Source: Vulcanimicrobiota bacterium
Lineage (GTDB): Bacteria > Vulcanimicrobiota > Vulcanimicrobiia > Vulcanimicrobiales > Vulcanimicrobiaceae
Direction of reading: 5' to 3'
Length of the DNA: 64,000 bases
Assembly (NCBI GenBank): GCA_963820825.1
Contig: CAWGBN010000009.1
Span: 32,001-96,000, forward strand
The notes beneath the pieces were generated by a model. That model did no database searches. It was given only the letters and a program-made list of their open reading frames with translations, and had not been told where the DNA came from. Positions 53,568 through 62,586 of the stretch are shown piece by piece (the first letter of the stretch is position 1; each line of letters begins with the position of its first letter). The position numbers and the translations under genes are program-made.

Positions 53568-53992
53568 GCGGCAACGTTCAGCGCTACTTCGGCTCTCGCC
53601 CTTTGCGTCAGGTCTTCGACCGCTCCGGCTCGCACTGCGAACTTTGCAAGCGAGTTGAGCAGACAACGTAAGCGAACGTACGGAATCGCCAGGCGTTGAT
53701 CGACGCCCCGCCCGCTGGTGATCTCCTCGGCAAACTCGGCGTCGCCGACGATGAAGCGCACGTCGCGACAGCCGCGTTTAACGATCGCTTGCACGACGGC
53801 AGTGAGTGCGGCGTACGCGCCGGCGCGCTCGCCGGCCGCCGATTGCGCCGGTCGAAAGACGACGCGCAGGAGCTTTCCCGCCACCGGACCGGTCAGCCGC
53901 GCGTAGGCGACGCCCCTTCCCCGAGAATCGGCCGCATAACCGACCTCGGCTTCGACTGTGGTACCGGGGACTCGATCTGCTTGCATCTCCAT
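53564..53992 (-). CDS. Hypothetical protein with a degenerate RNase H-like pattern
   Basis: YAAL.AV..A...G.R.V....DAE...E..G resembles the RNase HI core; GAGG RBS; ATGA-coupled to mpg. Confidence 0.6.
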   Translation of the reverse strand: MEMQADRVPGTTVEAEVGYAADSRGRGVAYARLTGPVAGKLLRVVFRPAQSAAGERAGAYAALTAVVQAIVKRGCRDVRFIVGDAEFAEEITSGRGVDQRLAIPYVRLRCLLNSLAKFAVRAGAVEDLTQRARAEVALNVAA

Positions 53993-54007
53993 GGGCCTCG
54001 TATTCCC

Positions 54008-54037
54008 ATTTTAATGCGAACGTATGTTCGCAGTCAA
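54008..54037 (-). promoter_or_regulatory. LexA (SOS/Cheo) box inside a sigma70 promoter
   Basis: CGAACGTATGTTCG (54017-54030) between TTGACT and TAAAAT (18-bp spacer). Confidence 0.85.
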
Positions 54038-55176
54038 GCGATTCGAGCGGTTTTCAGGAGGTTTTCATAGAGGATTTGCATGCGATCGAGCTGACCGTCG
54101 ATCGAGAATCGCAGCGCGGCTTGGCGCACCGCGCCCGTCTCTGCAGTGCGGCCGCGAGGAACGTCGCCGAACGCCGCCGCGAAGGCCTCGGGCGTCGCCG
54201 GGACGACGCGTCCCGTCCCCCCGAGCACGTCGCGGTTCTGCGGCGCGTCGGCGGCGATCACATGGGCGCCGGCGGCCATTGCTTCGGCGAGTACGAGACC
54301 CTGGGTCTCGGTGGTGCTCGGCATCACGAACGCATCGGCACTCGCATAGAAGTCGGGGAGCCGATCGCGCGCGATGACGCCGAGGAAACGGACCGCGCCG
54401 GCGACGCCGATCTCGGCGGCGAGGCGCTCCAAGTCGGTGCGATACGGACCATCGCCCGCAATCACGAGTCTGAGTGAATCGTCGCCCGCCCGTTTGAGCG
54501 CCGCGAGCAACAGTTCGAGGTTCTTCTCTCTGGCCAGACGGCCGACGGAGAGGAGCATCCGCTCGTGGTCGCCGATGCCGATTCGCGCGCGCAGCGCCGC
54601 TTCGCGCCGCCCCGAGCCGTAGTGCGCTAGGTCGATGCCACTCGGCACGACTTCGATGCGAACGGTTACGCCAAGTTCGCGCAGGTGCGTCGCCATCGCC
54701 GGGGTCGGAACGACGACTGCATCGGCCGAGTTGGCGAACGTCCGCGTCAACTGCGCGGCGGCAAACCGCGTGGCATGCGCTTCGAACGGGATGTAATGCG
54801 CGTACGCTTCGAGTTGCGTGTGATACGTGTAGACGAGCGGCATGCCGTAACGGCGAGCGTACCGCGCGCCCATCCAGCCGGTGATGAACGGCGAATGGAC
54901 GTGGACGAGCGAGAGTCGCTTGATCACGGTATTGAGATTCCGCCGGCTGACCAGCGGCAGCGTCAGGCGATAGGGGGTGCGCGTCGGGAGCGGCAGCGAG
55001 GGCATCCGGAAGACCGGACCGTCGGCTTCGGCGTAGCCCGGCATGCGCGGGGCAAAGCAGTAGACCTCGTGACCGCGCCCCCGCAGACCCTCCGCAAGCG
55101 CCTCGACCGAGGCGACGACGCCGTTGACGACGGGGAGGTAAATCTCGGTGAAAAACCCCAGGCGCAGCGGCTCCAT
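54034..55176 (-). CDS. GT4 glycosyltransferase (diacylglycerol glucosyltransferase-like)
   Basis: FTEIYLPVVNGV, HVHSPF, TYHT, GRLAREKN, ETQGLVLAEAMA. Confidence 0.9.
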   Translation of the reverse strand: MEPLRLGFFTEIYLPVVNGVVASVEALAEGLRGRGHEVYCFAPRMPGYAEADGPVFRMPSLPLPTRTPYRLTLPLVSRRNLNTVIKRLSLVHVHSPFITGWMGARYARRYGMPLVYTYHTQLEAYAHYIPFEAHATRFAAAQLTRTFANSADAVVVPTPAMATHLRELGVTVRIEVVPSGIDLAHYGSGRREAALRARIGIGDHERMLLSVGRLAREKNLELLLAALKRAGDDSLRLVIAGDGPYRTDLERLAAEIGVAGAVRFLGVIARDRLPDFYASADAFVMPSTTETQGLVLAEAMAAGAHVIAADAPQNRDVLGGTGRVVPATPEAFAAAFGDVPRGRTAETGAVRQAALRFSIDGQLDRMQILYENLLKTARIA

Positions 55177-55475
55177 CTGGGCTCTTCCTTCGCCCTGCAA
55201 AGCAGCGGCGCCCGCAAAAGGAGTCACCTTCCAACTTGAGACTTTCAGCATATTCCCGCCGGACGGCGAATGTGCTATATTGCCCGGGTCAGGCCCGCCC
55301 GCCACGACGGAGAGCAGGCAGGCATGGGAATCTTCCGGCGATTCCGTCGCATCCAATCGCCCCGCGGCCGTCTAGCGCCGCTTCCCCAAACGCACGACTT
55401 GCGGTTCATCGTTCGATTTTTGCGTGGTGTGCATTCGAACCATGATGCGAGCCGAGAGAAGAAAGGAACCTCGGG

Positions 55476-56144
55476 TTGATCGGACGTCTGCTCTGCGCTG
55501 CACTCTTTATTGCGAGTCTCGGGATCCATCCGGCTGCGGCCGCGCCGGTTACGGCGGTGACGTGGCATCGGGACGGGGTCGTGACGTGGGAGCGCATCGA
55601 GCGCCGCACTACCGCCCCGCAAACGCTCCACCGGCTCAGTATCGGCCTGGCGCCCGGGCACTCGAAAGTCGTCGCCCACGGTCGCCCCGGTCTGGTCGAA
55701 GTCGCGACGCTCTACGCGCAGCGCGACGGCGGACCGGTTCACCGGACCGTTCTCTCTTCGAAGGTTCTGGTCGCGTCGAAGCCGCGGATCGTCGCCGACG
55801 GCATCGGCTCGGCCTCCCTGGCGAGTTTTGAGGCCCACGGGCTCATCCACATGGCATACATGGCGCGCAGCGCTATCGAAATGCTAGCCACCGCCTATAC
55901 CGCCGGTTCGGCGGGAGGCAGCGGCTGGACCGCGATCGGACGCCGCGCCGGCTACGGCGTCGTTGCGGTCGATCCGCGCGTGATCCCGCTCGGGACGCAC
56001 CTCTACATCCCAGGCTACGGCGTAGCCATCGCGGGCGACACCGGCGGCGCGATCGTTGGAAACCGCATCGATCTCGGATTCGACTCGCTGCGCGATGCGA
56101 TGCTCTTCGGCCGGCGCGACGTTAAAGTCTATCGGCTCAAATAG
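55476..56144 (+). CDS. Secreted G5-like plus 3D-domain cell-wall protein (YabE-like)
   Basis: Signal peptide, ATAY, VAVDPRVIPLG, AGDTGGAI.GNRID; directly upstream of rsmA. Confidence 0.87.
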   Translation: MIGRLLCAALFIASLGIHPAAAAPVTAVTWHRDGVVTWERIERRTTAPQTLHRLSIGLAPGHSKVVAHGRPGLVEVATLYAQRDGGPVHRTVLSSKVLVASKPRIVADGIGSASLASFEAHGLIHMAYMARSAIEMLATAYTAGSAGGSGWTAIGRRAGYGVVAVDPRVIPLGTHLYIPGYGVAIAGDTGGAIVGNRIDLGFDSLRDAMLFGRRDVKVYRLK

Positions 56145-56159
56145 CGAAATAACTGCGGG

Positions 56160-56990
56160 GTGACGACGCCCCGCCAAATGCTCGCGCAGGCCGGTCTCTC
56201 CCCGAAAAAACGCTTCGGACAGAACTTCCTGCAGAACGAGCCCGCCGCGCGGAAGATCGCGCAGCTCGCGCTCGACGGCGCGCCCGCGGGCATCCGAACC
56301 CTCGAAATCGGCGCCGGTACCGGTGCGCTCACCCGAGCGCTCCTCGATCTCGGTGCCGACCTCACCGGGCTCGAAATCGATCGCGATCTCGTCGCGCTCT
56401 TGCGCGCGCGCGACGATTTGCACGGCGTGACCATTGTCGAAGCCGACGCGCTCGAGTTCGATTATCGCGCATGGGCGGCGAACCGGCATTGGCTCGTTGC
56501 CGGAAATCTGCCGTATAACGTCGCAACGCCATTGATGCTGCGGCTCATCGAGATGAACGGGGGACCCGATTGCCTTACCGTCATGGTGCAGCGCGACGTC
56601 GCCGAACGCCTCGTCGCGGTACCGGGCTCGCCGGCGTACGGCAGCCTCTCGGTCGCGGTGCAGTTCGCGATGCACGCGCGAATCGCGTTCGCTCTTTCGC
56701 CCGGCTCCTTCTTTCCCTCGCCGAACGTCGACTCGAGCGTCGTTCGGCTCGTACGCCGCGCGACGCCGGCGGTCCATCCGCGCGATCTTCCGACCTTTTG
56801 GAAGGTCGTGCGTGGCGCGTTCGCGTACCGGCGAAAAACGCTCGCAAATACGCTCGCGCTCGCACTCGATCTCGATCGAGCGCGGATCCTGCGGGCGCTC
56901 GAATCGAGCAACCTCTCTCCGGAGCTTCGCGGTGAACGACTCGACCTCGGCGATTTCGCCCGCTTGGCCGACGCGCTGGCCGAAGAATAG
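56160..56990 (+). CDS. rsmA: 16S rRNA adenine dimethyltransferase
   Basis: KKRFGQNFL, EIGAGTGALT, NLPYN, F.P.P.VDS, RRKTL.N. Confidence 0.96.
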   Translation: MTTPRQMLAQAGLSPKKRFGQNFLQNEPAARKIAQLALDGAPAGIRTLEIGAGTGALTRALLDLGADLTGLEIDRDLVALLRARDDLHGVTIVEADALEFDYRAWAANRHWLVAGNLPYNVATPLMLRLIEMNGGPDCLTVMVQRDVAERLVAVPGSPAYGSLSVAVQFAMHARIAFALSPGSFFPSPNVDSSVVRLVRRATPAVHPRDLPTFWKVVRGAFAYRRKTLANTLALALDLDRARILRALESSNLSPELRGERLDLGDFARLADALAEE

Positions 56991-57672
56991 TTTCAAGAGC
57001 CTCTGGACGTGGATCATTGCGGTCTTCATAGCCGGGCTCTTCGTTGCCGTCTTTTTCTTTAGCTTAAAGAATCCGCCGCCCGCAAACGTCACGCCTCTCG
57101 AGGTAGATTTCGTCCTCGGCATTCAGTTCGTCATCGACGCATTGCTCGTGGCCTTGGTCCTTGCGACGCTCCCGGCGCTTGCGAAGTTCACGCTGCGCGA
57201 GCTCGGCTTTCGCACACCCAATCCGGCAACGCTCGTCACCGCCCTGATCGGTTTCGTCGTCATGTTCGTCGTCGCCAACGGAAGCGCGGCGATTATTGAC
57301 TACTACTCGGGGCGCACGCACCCGCAAGACATCGTCCAGATGTTCAAGCACCTGCACGACCCGGTAACGGTCGGCATCTTCGTGGTCTTCGCCGTGCTCT
57401 TCGCGCCCTTTACCGAGGAGACGCTCTTTCGCGTCTTCTTCTTCAACCTCGGCCTTCGCTACGGCGGTTTCTGGGGAGGCGCGGTTCTCAGCGGAATCCT
57501 CTTCGGAATCGCACACGGCGACCCGTATGCCGCGCTTCCGCTCGCGCTGGGCGGCATCGTGCTCTGCGCCGTCTACTACCGCACGCGCAACGCGTACGCC
57601 TCGATGATCTCGCACGCGCTCTTCAACGCCGTCTCGATCGTCACGCTCCTGGCCACGCCGAAGATCACGTAA
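56932..57672 (+). CDS. CPBP (CAAX protease-like) intramembrane metalloprotease
   Basis: EE.LFR, FGIAH, SHALFN; GGAG RBS before a GTG start. Confidence 0.88.
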   Translation: MNDSTSAISPAWPTRWPKNSFKSLWTWIIAVFIAGLFVAVFFFSLKNPPPANVTPLEVDFVLGIQFVIDALLVALVLATLPALAKFTLRELGFRTPNPATLVTALIGFVVMFVVANGSAAIIDYYSGRTHPQDIVQMFKHLHDPVTVGIFVVFAVLFAPFTEETLFRVFFFNLGLRYGGFWGGAVLSGILFGIAHGDPYAALPLALGGIVLCAVYYRTRNAYASMISHALFNAVSIVTLLATPKIT

Positions 57673-58756
57673 GCGCTTCTACCGCGTCGACGACCGCGCC
57701 GGCGCCGATCGCCTGGGTGTCGAGATAGATCAAGCGGTGTAGCAGCTCCGGCGGCTTCGTCGTGCTCGCCGGGCGCCGATCGAAGCCGCGATCGCGCACG
57801 TATCGGCCGACGATGTGAATCGCATTGGCGTTCGGCTCGTCGTACCAATCGGGATGGTGCGCGATCCAAAGACCGATCGTCGGGATGCCGCCGCGTGCGA
57901 GCGTTACGTGCAGCGGACCGGCCGGAATGCCGGCGAAGAGCTCGATGCGATTCGCGAACGCCTTATAGAGCCGCGCGAACGGCTCGTCGAGGTCGCCGAA
58001 GAGCGCGCGAAACCCGGCTACGCTGTCGCCCAGATTCTCGTCCTCCATCGAAATGAAGCGCCAGGCCGGCGATTTCCGCTGCATCGCCGCGACGAACGCG
58101 CGGGCTTCGGATCCATCCCCCCAGTTCTTCCGCGCGGCGGTGACGCCGCTTCGCGAGATCACGCCCAAACGCATCGGCGGCTGCATAAACTGCGCGAGAC
58201 GTTCGTCGACCGCGCGCTGCGCGGCCGGCGGCGCGGTAAAGTCGAGCGCGTTGGCGAGCGGATTGGCGAGGTCGAGGCCGGCGAGACGCTCGGGACGAAC
58301 GAGGAGCCGCGCCGCGTTGCGCGCCTTGGTGTGAAACGGATAGGGCGTTCGACCCTCCGTCTCCGGATAATCGGTCCAGAGGAGAATCTCCGGCGCGAAC
58401 CGGAGCACCGCGCCGTCGAGCGGCGGCGGAACGTCGAGATTCACCGTGCGTCCGTTGCATTGCTTCAAGCGCAGACCGAAGTGCGGCGAGCCGAGTGGGG
58501 CTCCGTCACTCGGAGCGCGCACGCCGGAGAAGAGCGGCTTGACTCCGGCGCATCCCTCCGCGAGCGCGACGTAGTCGTCTCCGAAGCGCGTGATCGCGTA
58601 TTCGTTGGAGGGTTCGAGCAGCGGCGCGAGCGTTCCGAAATGGACCCAATCGCCGAGGCCGTGCGGCCAATAGATCAGCACGCGCCGCTCGCGCAGCGCG
58701 GCGAAGCGCCCGCGATCGTCGCGAACGGCCGGCAGCGCGAGCCTCGTCACGCTCAA
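57665..58756 (-). CDS. Putative GT-B glycosyltransferase, GT9-like
   Basis: VLIYWPHGLGD N-terminal motif and FAGIPAGPLHV..A..IPTIGLW C-terminal motif. Confidence 0.55.
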   Translation of the reverse strand: MSVTRLALPAVRDDRGRFAALRERRVLIYWPHGLGDWVHFGTLAPLLEPSNEYAITRFGDDYVALAEGCAGVKPLFSGVRAPSDGAPLGSPHFGLRLKQCNGRTVNLDVPPPLDGAVLRFAPEILLWTDYPETEGRTPYPFHTKARNAARLLVRPERLAGLDLANPLANALDFTAPPAAQRAVDERLAQFMQPPMRLGVISRSGVTAARKNWGDGSEARAFVAAMQRKSPAWRFISMEDENLGDSVAGFRALFGDLDEPFARLYKAFANRIELFAGIPAGPLHVTLARGGIPTIGLWIAHHPDWYDEPNANAIHIVGRYVRDRGFDRRPASTTKPPELLHRLIYLDTQAIGAGAVVDAVEALT

Positions 58757-60045
58757 CGCCCGATCGGCACGCCGCCGCAGACGTGCGCGGGCGCATGCCC
58801 GCGCAGACTGCCGAAGAATGCCGCGGCGTTCGTATCGTATGCGGGACATCCCGGGAAGTGCGGATCGGGGCGCGGATCCAGCCGAACCTTCGGATTCGCC
58901 GCGGCGACGGCCCAAACGCCTTCTTCGCCTCGCTCGATCGTCGCGCTCGATCCGCTCTCGCGCAGCGCAACGGCCTGCGCGTACGCGTTCCAATCGACGA
59001 CGTAGGGCCAACGCCCCGGACGAAGCACGGCATCGTTGAAGAGCAGCATCACGACGAGCGCGCAGGGAATCATCCAGCGGGCGAAACGCACGTCGCTCGC
59101 GGCACCGAAGGCCGCCGCAACGGCGGTTGCCGCCAAGAGCGGCGCCGCGTAATGCGAACCGATCCGGCTCGGCTCGTAGTTCCACGGCAGCATGAAGACG
59201 ATCTCGGCAAGCAGCGGCAGGGAGAGCAGCAGCCATCGGCGCACGGCGAGCGGCGCGAAGGCAAAGGGTGCGAGCAGCAGCACGACCATGCTCAGCTTGC
59301 TCCATGGGTTGAAAATCTGCAGCGAATACCCAGGATCGTTCGGCCGAATGCCCGACAGATGCTCGACCACCCAAAAGCCGGCGCCATTGAGAACGGCGAG
59401 TAGGACGAGCGCGATACCGATGCGGCGATCCCACCAGATGGCGCACGCCGCACCGAACCACACCACGAAGAGAATCTCGTCCTCTTTCAATCCCATCGCC
59501 AGCTGCGCGACGATCAGCGTCCACCAGAACGCGCGCCGGCGCGCGGCCAGCGCTCCGCAGATCGCGAGCACCGGCACGAAAACGTTCTCGGAGAAGTTGT
59601 CGTAGCTCAACCCCTGGGCCGCCGGCGATAAGAGATACGCGATCGCCAGCACGTTCGCTGCGCGCGCGGCCAAGCCGAGCTCGCGCGCGAGCAGCGCGAG
59701 CGGAATCGCGGCGGCCGCGACGGCGACCACCTGCACGACGATGAGCGTCTGCGCCATTGGGAAGAGCGCGACGAGCGGAACGAGCGCCGTCAACACCCAC
59801 GAATCGTGAACGCCGAAGTGCGCGCGCCACTCGCCGTAGTTCCACGACGAGCCGTGCCGCATATTGACCAGCGTCTGCAGATACGTGCCGAGATCGGCGC
59901 CGTACCGCAGCGCGTAAAGTTTATTGAAGTCGAGCGCGACGTAGACCGCAGCATAGATCGCTACGGCGATATAGGTCGCGCGCAACTCGGCGCGACGCGG
60001 CGTGGAACCAGCAGCGCGGATTCGAAGACGCCCGTCGCTTCTCAT
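58753..60045 (-). CDS. DUF2079-family membrane protein (GT-C-like)
   Basis: DLGTYLQ, HFGVH.S, KED, HYAA; many TM helices. Confidence 0.78.
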   Translation of the reverse strand: MRSDGRLRIRAAGSTPRRAELRATYIAVAIYAAVYVALDFNKLYALRYGADLGTYLQTLVNMRHGSSWNYGEWRAHFGVHDSWVLTALVPLVALFPMAQTLIVVQVVAVAAAAIPLALLARELGLAARAANVLAIAYLLSPAAQGLSYDNFSENVFVPVLAICGALAARRRAFWWTLIVAQLAMGLKEDEILFVVWFGAACAIWWDRRIGIALVLLAVLNGAGFWVVEHLSGIRPNDPGYSLQIFNPWSKLSMVVLLLAPFAFAPLAVRRWLLLSLPLLAEIVFMLPWNYEPSRIGSHYAAPLLAATAVAAAFGAASDVRFARWMIPCALVVMLLFNDAVLRPGRWPYVVDWNAYAQAVALRESGSSATIERGEEGVWAVAAANPKVRLDPRPDPHFPGCPAYDTNAAAFFGSLRGHAPAHVCGGVPIGR

Positions 60046-61136
60046 CCGGCTGCTGGTTCCGCGCCGCTTTCGCGTTTCTCTCGATAGACGCGCTCGACGA
60101 TCGCGCGAAGCTGCTCGATAAAGCGCGCCGGTGAGAACCGCTCGGCATGCGCGCGCAACCGCTGCGGTTCGAAGCGAGAGGCGTCGAAGGTTCGCAGCGT
60201 TGCGGCAAGCGATTCGGGAATCGGGTCGTCGAAGAAGTCCCCCGTCTTACCCTCGACAATCGTTTCGAGCGCGCCGCCCGCGCGATACGCGATCGTCGGG
60301 CGTCCGGCGGCGGCCGCTTCGAGCGGAACCAAGCCGAAGTCTTCTTCGCCCGGCACGATCGCCGCGCGAGCCTCGCCGATTAGCTCGTTGAGGCGTTGGT
60401 CCGAGACGTAACCGAGCATGATCGTCGTCGTTCCCCGTGCAATTTCGTGCAACGCCATCTCGGCCGGACCGCTTCCGGCGACGAGCAGCGGAACGTTCGC
60501 GAGCGCGGCCGCGCGGATGGCGAGCTCGACGCGTTTGTAGGGCAGCAGACGGGTCGCGACGACGAAGTAGTCGCCGGCGCCGGAGCCGACGGTGAAGCGA
60601 TCCAGGTCGACCGGGCAGTGCAAGACGTCGCTATCGCGACCGTAGTACGTTTCGATCCGGCGCGCGACGTTGCGCGAGTTTGCGACGAATCGCGTCGGGC
60701 GTTGGGCCGCGGCGCGATCCCACGCGATCAAGCCGTTGACGAACGGGCGCGCGAAACCCGGGACGTATTCGTCGGGCGCAAAGGCGAAGCGGCTGACCGT
60801 GTTGATGTAGCAGACGTGCACCGCCCCCGCGGGGACGCGCACGCCCTTCGACCACGAGGTCGTCGAGCTGACGATCGCGTCGTACGCGCGCAGATCGAAC
60901 GATTCGAAGGCGCGCGGATAGAGCGGCGCGAGCGGGCGAAACCATCGGTTTGCAAAGGGTATTCGGGCGAGATACGACGCCCGAACCCGCGCGCGCAAAA
61001 AGGTATCGCCGAGCGCGCGCTCGTCGTAGAGCGCCGTATAGATCGGTGCGTCGGGCCACGCGCGGGCAATGTGCGCGAAGACGCGCTCGGCGCCGCCGCG
61101 CTGATTCAGATAATCGTGAACCAGCGCAACGTTCAT
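60042..61136 (-). CDS. GT4 glycosyltransferase
   Basis: VHDYLNQRGGAERV, RLLPYKR, EEDFGLVPLEA.A.G. Confidence 0.92.
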   Translation of the reverse strand: MNVALVHDYLNQRGGAERVFAHIARAWPDAPIYTALYDERALGDTFLRARVRASYLARIPFANRWFRPLAPLYPRAFESFDLRAYDAIVSSTTSWSKGVRVPAGAVHVCYINTVSRFAFAPDEYVPGFARPFVNGLIAWDRAAAQRPTRFVANSRNVARRIETYYGRDSDVLHCPVDLDRFTVGSGAGDYFVVATRLLPYKRVELAIRAAALANVPLLVAGSGPAEMALHEIARGTTTIMLGYVSDQRLNELIGEARAAIVPGEEDFGLVPLEAAAAGRPTIAYRAGGALETIVEGKTGDFFDDPIPESLAATLRTFDASRFEPQRLRAHAERFSPARFIEQLRAIVERVYREKRESGAEPAAG

Positions 61137-61147
61137 AATCTCAGGAC

Positions 61148-61249
61148 AACGAGGAGCTGATTCGCTTGACGCCTAGGCGACGAAAGGCGACGTGTGCTTT
61201 GCACACGAGCGTTTCGGCAACAACGGCGTGAAGCGAATCAGCCCTCGTT
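61148..61249. repeat. Long branched hairpin element in intergenic space
   Basis: AACGAGG-A-GCTGATTCGCTT / AAGCGAATCAGC-CCTCGTT arms with inner CGTGTGC/GCACACG. Confidence 0.55.
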
Positions 61250-62586
61250 TAGTCTTGTAGATTTGTGCCTCGCGGCAATACCAGCGCGATCATCGGATTG
61301 CCCAGATAGGTGCGGGCAACGCGCTGAACGTCGTCGGGTGTCGTCGTCGAGATTGCTTCCAAGGCGCGGTTGATGAAGTCGGGCGACGAGCTTTCGCTGG
61401 AAAAGACTGCGGCGAGCCATGCGCGCGTCTCGAGCGTCGTCGCATCGCTGGCAAAATCACCGGCGGCTTCGGCTTTGAACTCTTCGATCGAGCCCTGCAG
61501 GCGGGTCGCTGCGAGCACGTTGACGACCGAGAGCGCGGTCGCGAAGGCGCGGCTCGGATTCCCTTCCAAACCGCCGTTGACGTAGAGCACCAGCGTCGCG
61601 GGCGCGCGATCGTATGCGTAGACCGCACCGACGGAACGCGAGGCGAAGGTCGGCGAGACGACTCCGGGCACTTGTGCGATGTCGGAGAGCGTGCGCCGGA
61701 TGAATGCCGCCAAGACGAGCATCGGACCGAAGTCGCGGCTGTCGACCTTCGGCGCCGGATATTGCGCGATCAGCCATGGCGAGGCGATGTCGCGATGCGC
61801 GACGATTTCGTGCGTTGCGCCGTTGAGCGCCGGTACGCGCACCGCGACCGGAGCCGTGTTCCCCTCGGGGAGCGCGGAGGCGAGCGCCGTAAGCGCGTCG
61901 GGCGGCAGCGTGTCGAGCCGGCCCGCGGCGCTGACGAGCACGCCGCCGCGTCGATAGTATCGCTGATAGAACGCGCGTGCGTCGGCGGCGAAAAACTGCG
62001 CGAGCGAGTTGGGCGTTCCCAACTCGGGTAGACCCGCATTTGCCTGCGAGCTCGACGCTGCGTTGAGCATATCGAGACCGACTTGCAGCGCGATCTGCTG
62101 CGTCTGCGCGATCTCGCGAACGAGCGCCGCGCGCGCGTCGCGCACCGTCGCCGGCGAGAAATCGGGCGCCGCAATCGCACGGCGGAAGAGATCGAGCACG
62201 GCCGGTGCGTCGTCGGCGAGCGCTTCGACGTAAAACCGCACGTCGCTCGGATCGACGGTGAAGCGGATCGAGCCGCCGCGCGCCGCAATCGCATCTTCCA
62301 GCGGCATCGCCGTCGCGTTGCCGGCAACCGAAACCGGTGTGTGGACGATCGTCTCGGCGACGAGCGCGGCCAATCCGTTCTCCTTGAGCGTCTGCCGGTC
62401 GAGACCGGCGCGCACGACGTAGGCGACACCGATGAGCGCGGCGGCGCTATCGGATTGACGGACGATCGTCGCGCCGGCGGCGCTCTCGAGGCTGGGAATC
62501 GGCACGGCCGCCGCCGCGAGCGTCGGACTCGGTACCAGCGAGATCGCGAGCGCCGCGAGCGTACAGAGCGGGAACGGCGACCTCAC
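61249..62586 (-). CDS. Secreted M16 (insulinase) family homologue, lacks HXXEH
   Basis: Signal peptide, VRAG, GLAALVAE, GTP.SL, FY.RYY, TPDDVQRVARTYL. Confidence 0.75.
   Translation of the reverse strand: MRSPFPLCTLAALAISLVPSPTLAAAAVPIPSLESAAGATIVRQSDSAAALIGVAYVVRAGLDRQTLKENGLAALVAETIVHTPVSVAGNATAMPLEDAIAARGGSIRFTVDPSDVRFYVEALADDAPAVLDLFRRAIAAPDFSPATVRDARAALVREIAQTQQIALQVGLDMLNAASSSQANAGLPELGTPNSLAQFFAADARAFYQRYYRRGGVLVSAAGRLDTLPPDALTALASALPEGNTAPVAVRVPALNGATHEIVAHRDIASPWLIAQYPAPKVDSRDFGPMLVLAAFIRRTLSDIAQVPGVVSPTFASRSVGAVYAYDRAPATLVLYVNGGLEGNPSRAFATALSVVNVLAATRLQGSIEEFKAEAAGDFASDATTLETRAWLAAVFSSESSSPDFINRALEAISTTTPDDVQRVARTYLGNPMIALVLPRGTNLQD

Noticed and set aside
55287..55475. c-di-AMP (ydaO) riboswitch
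   Set aside because: The conserved GCTGAATCC and GTCAGCTAAC-type segments are not visible
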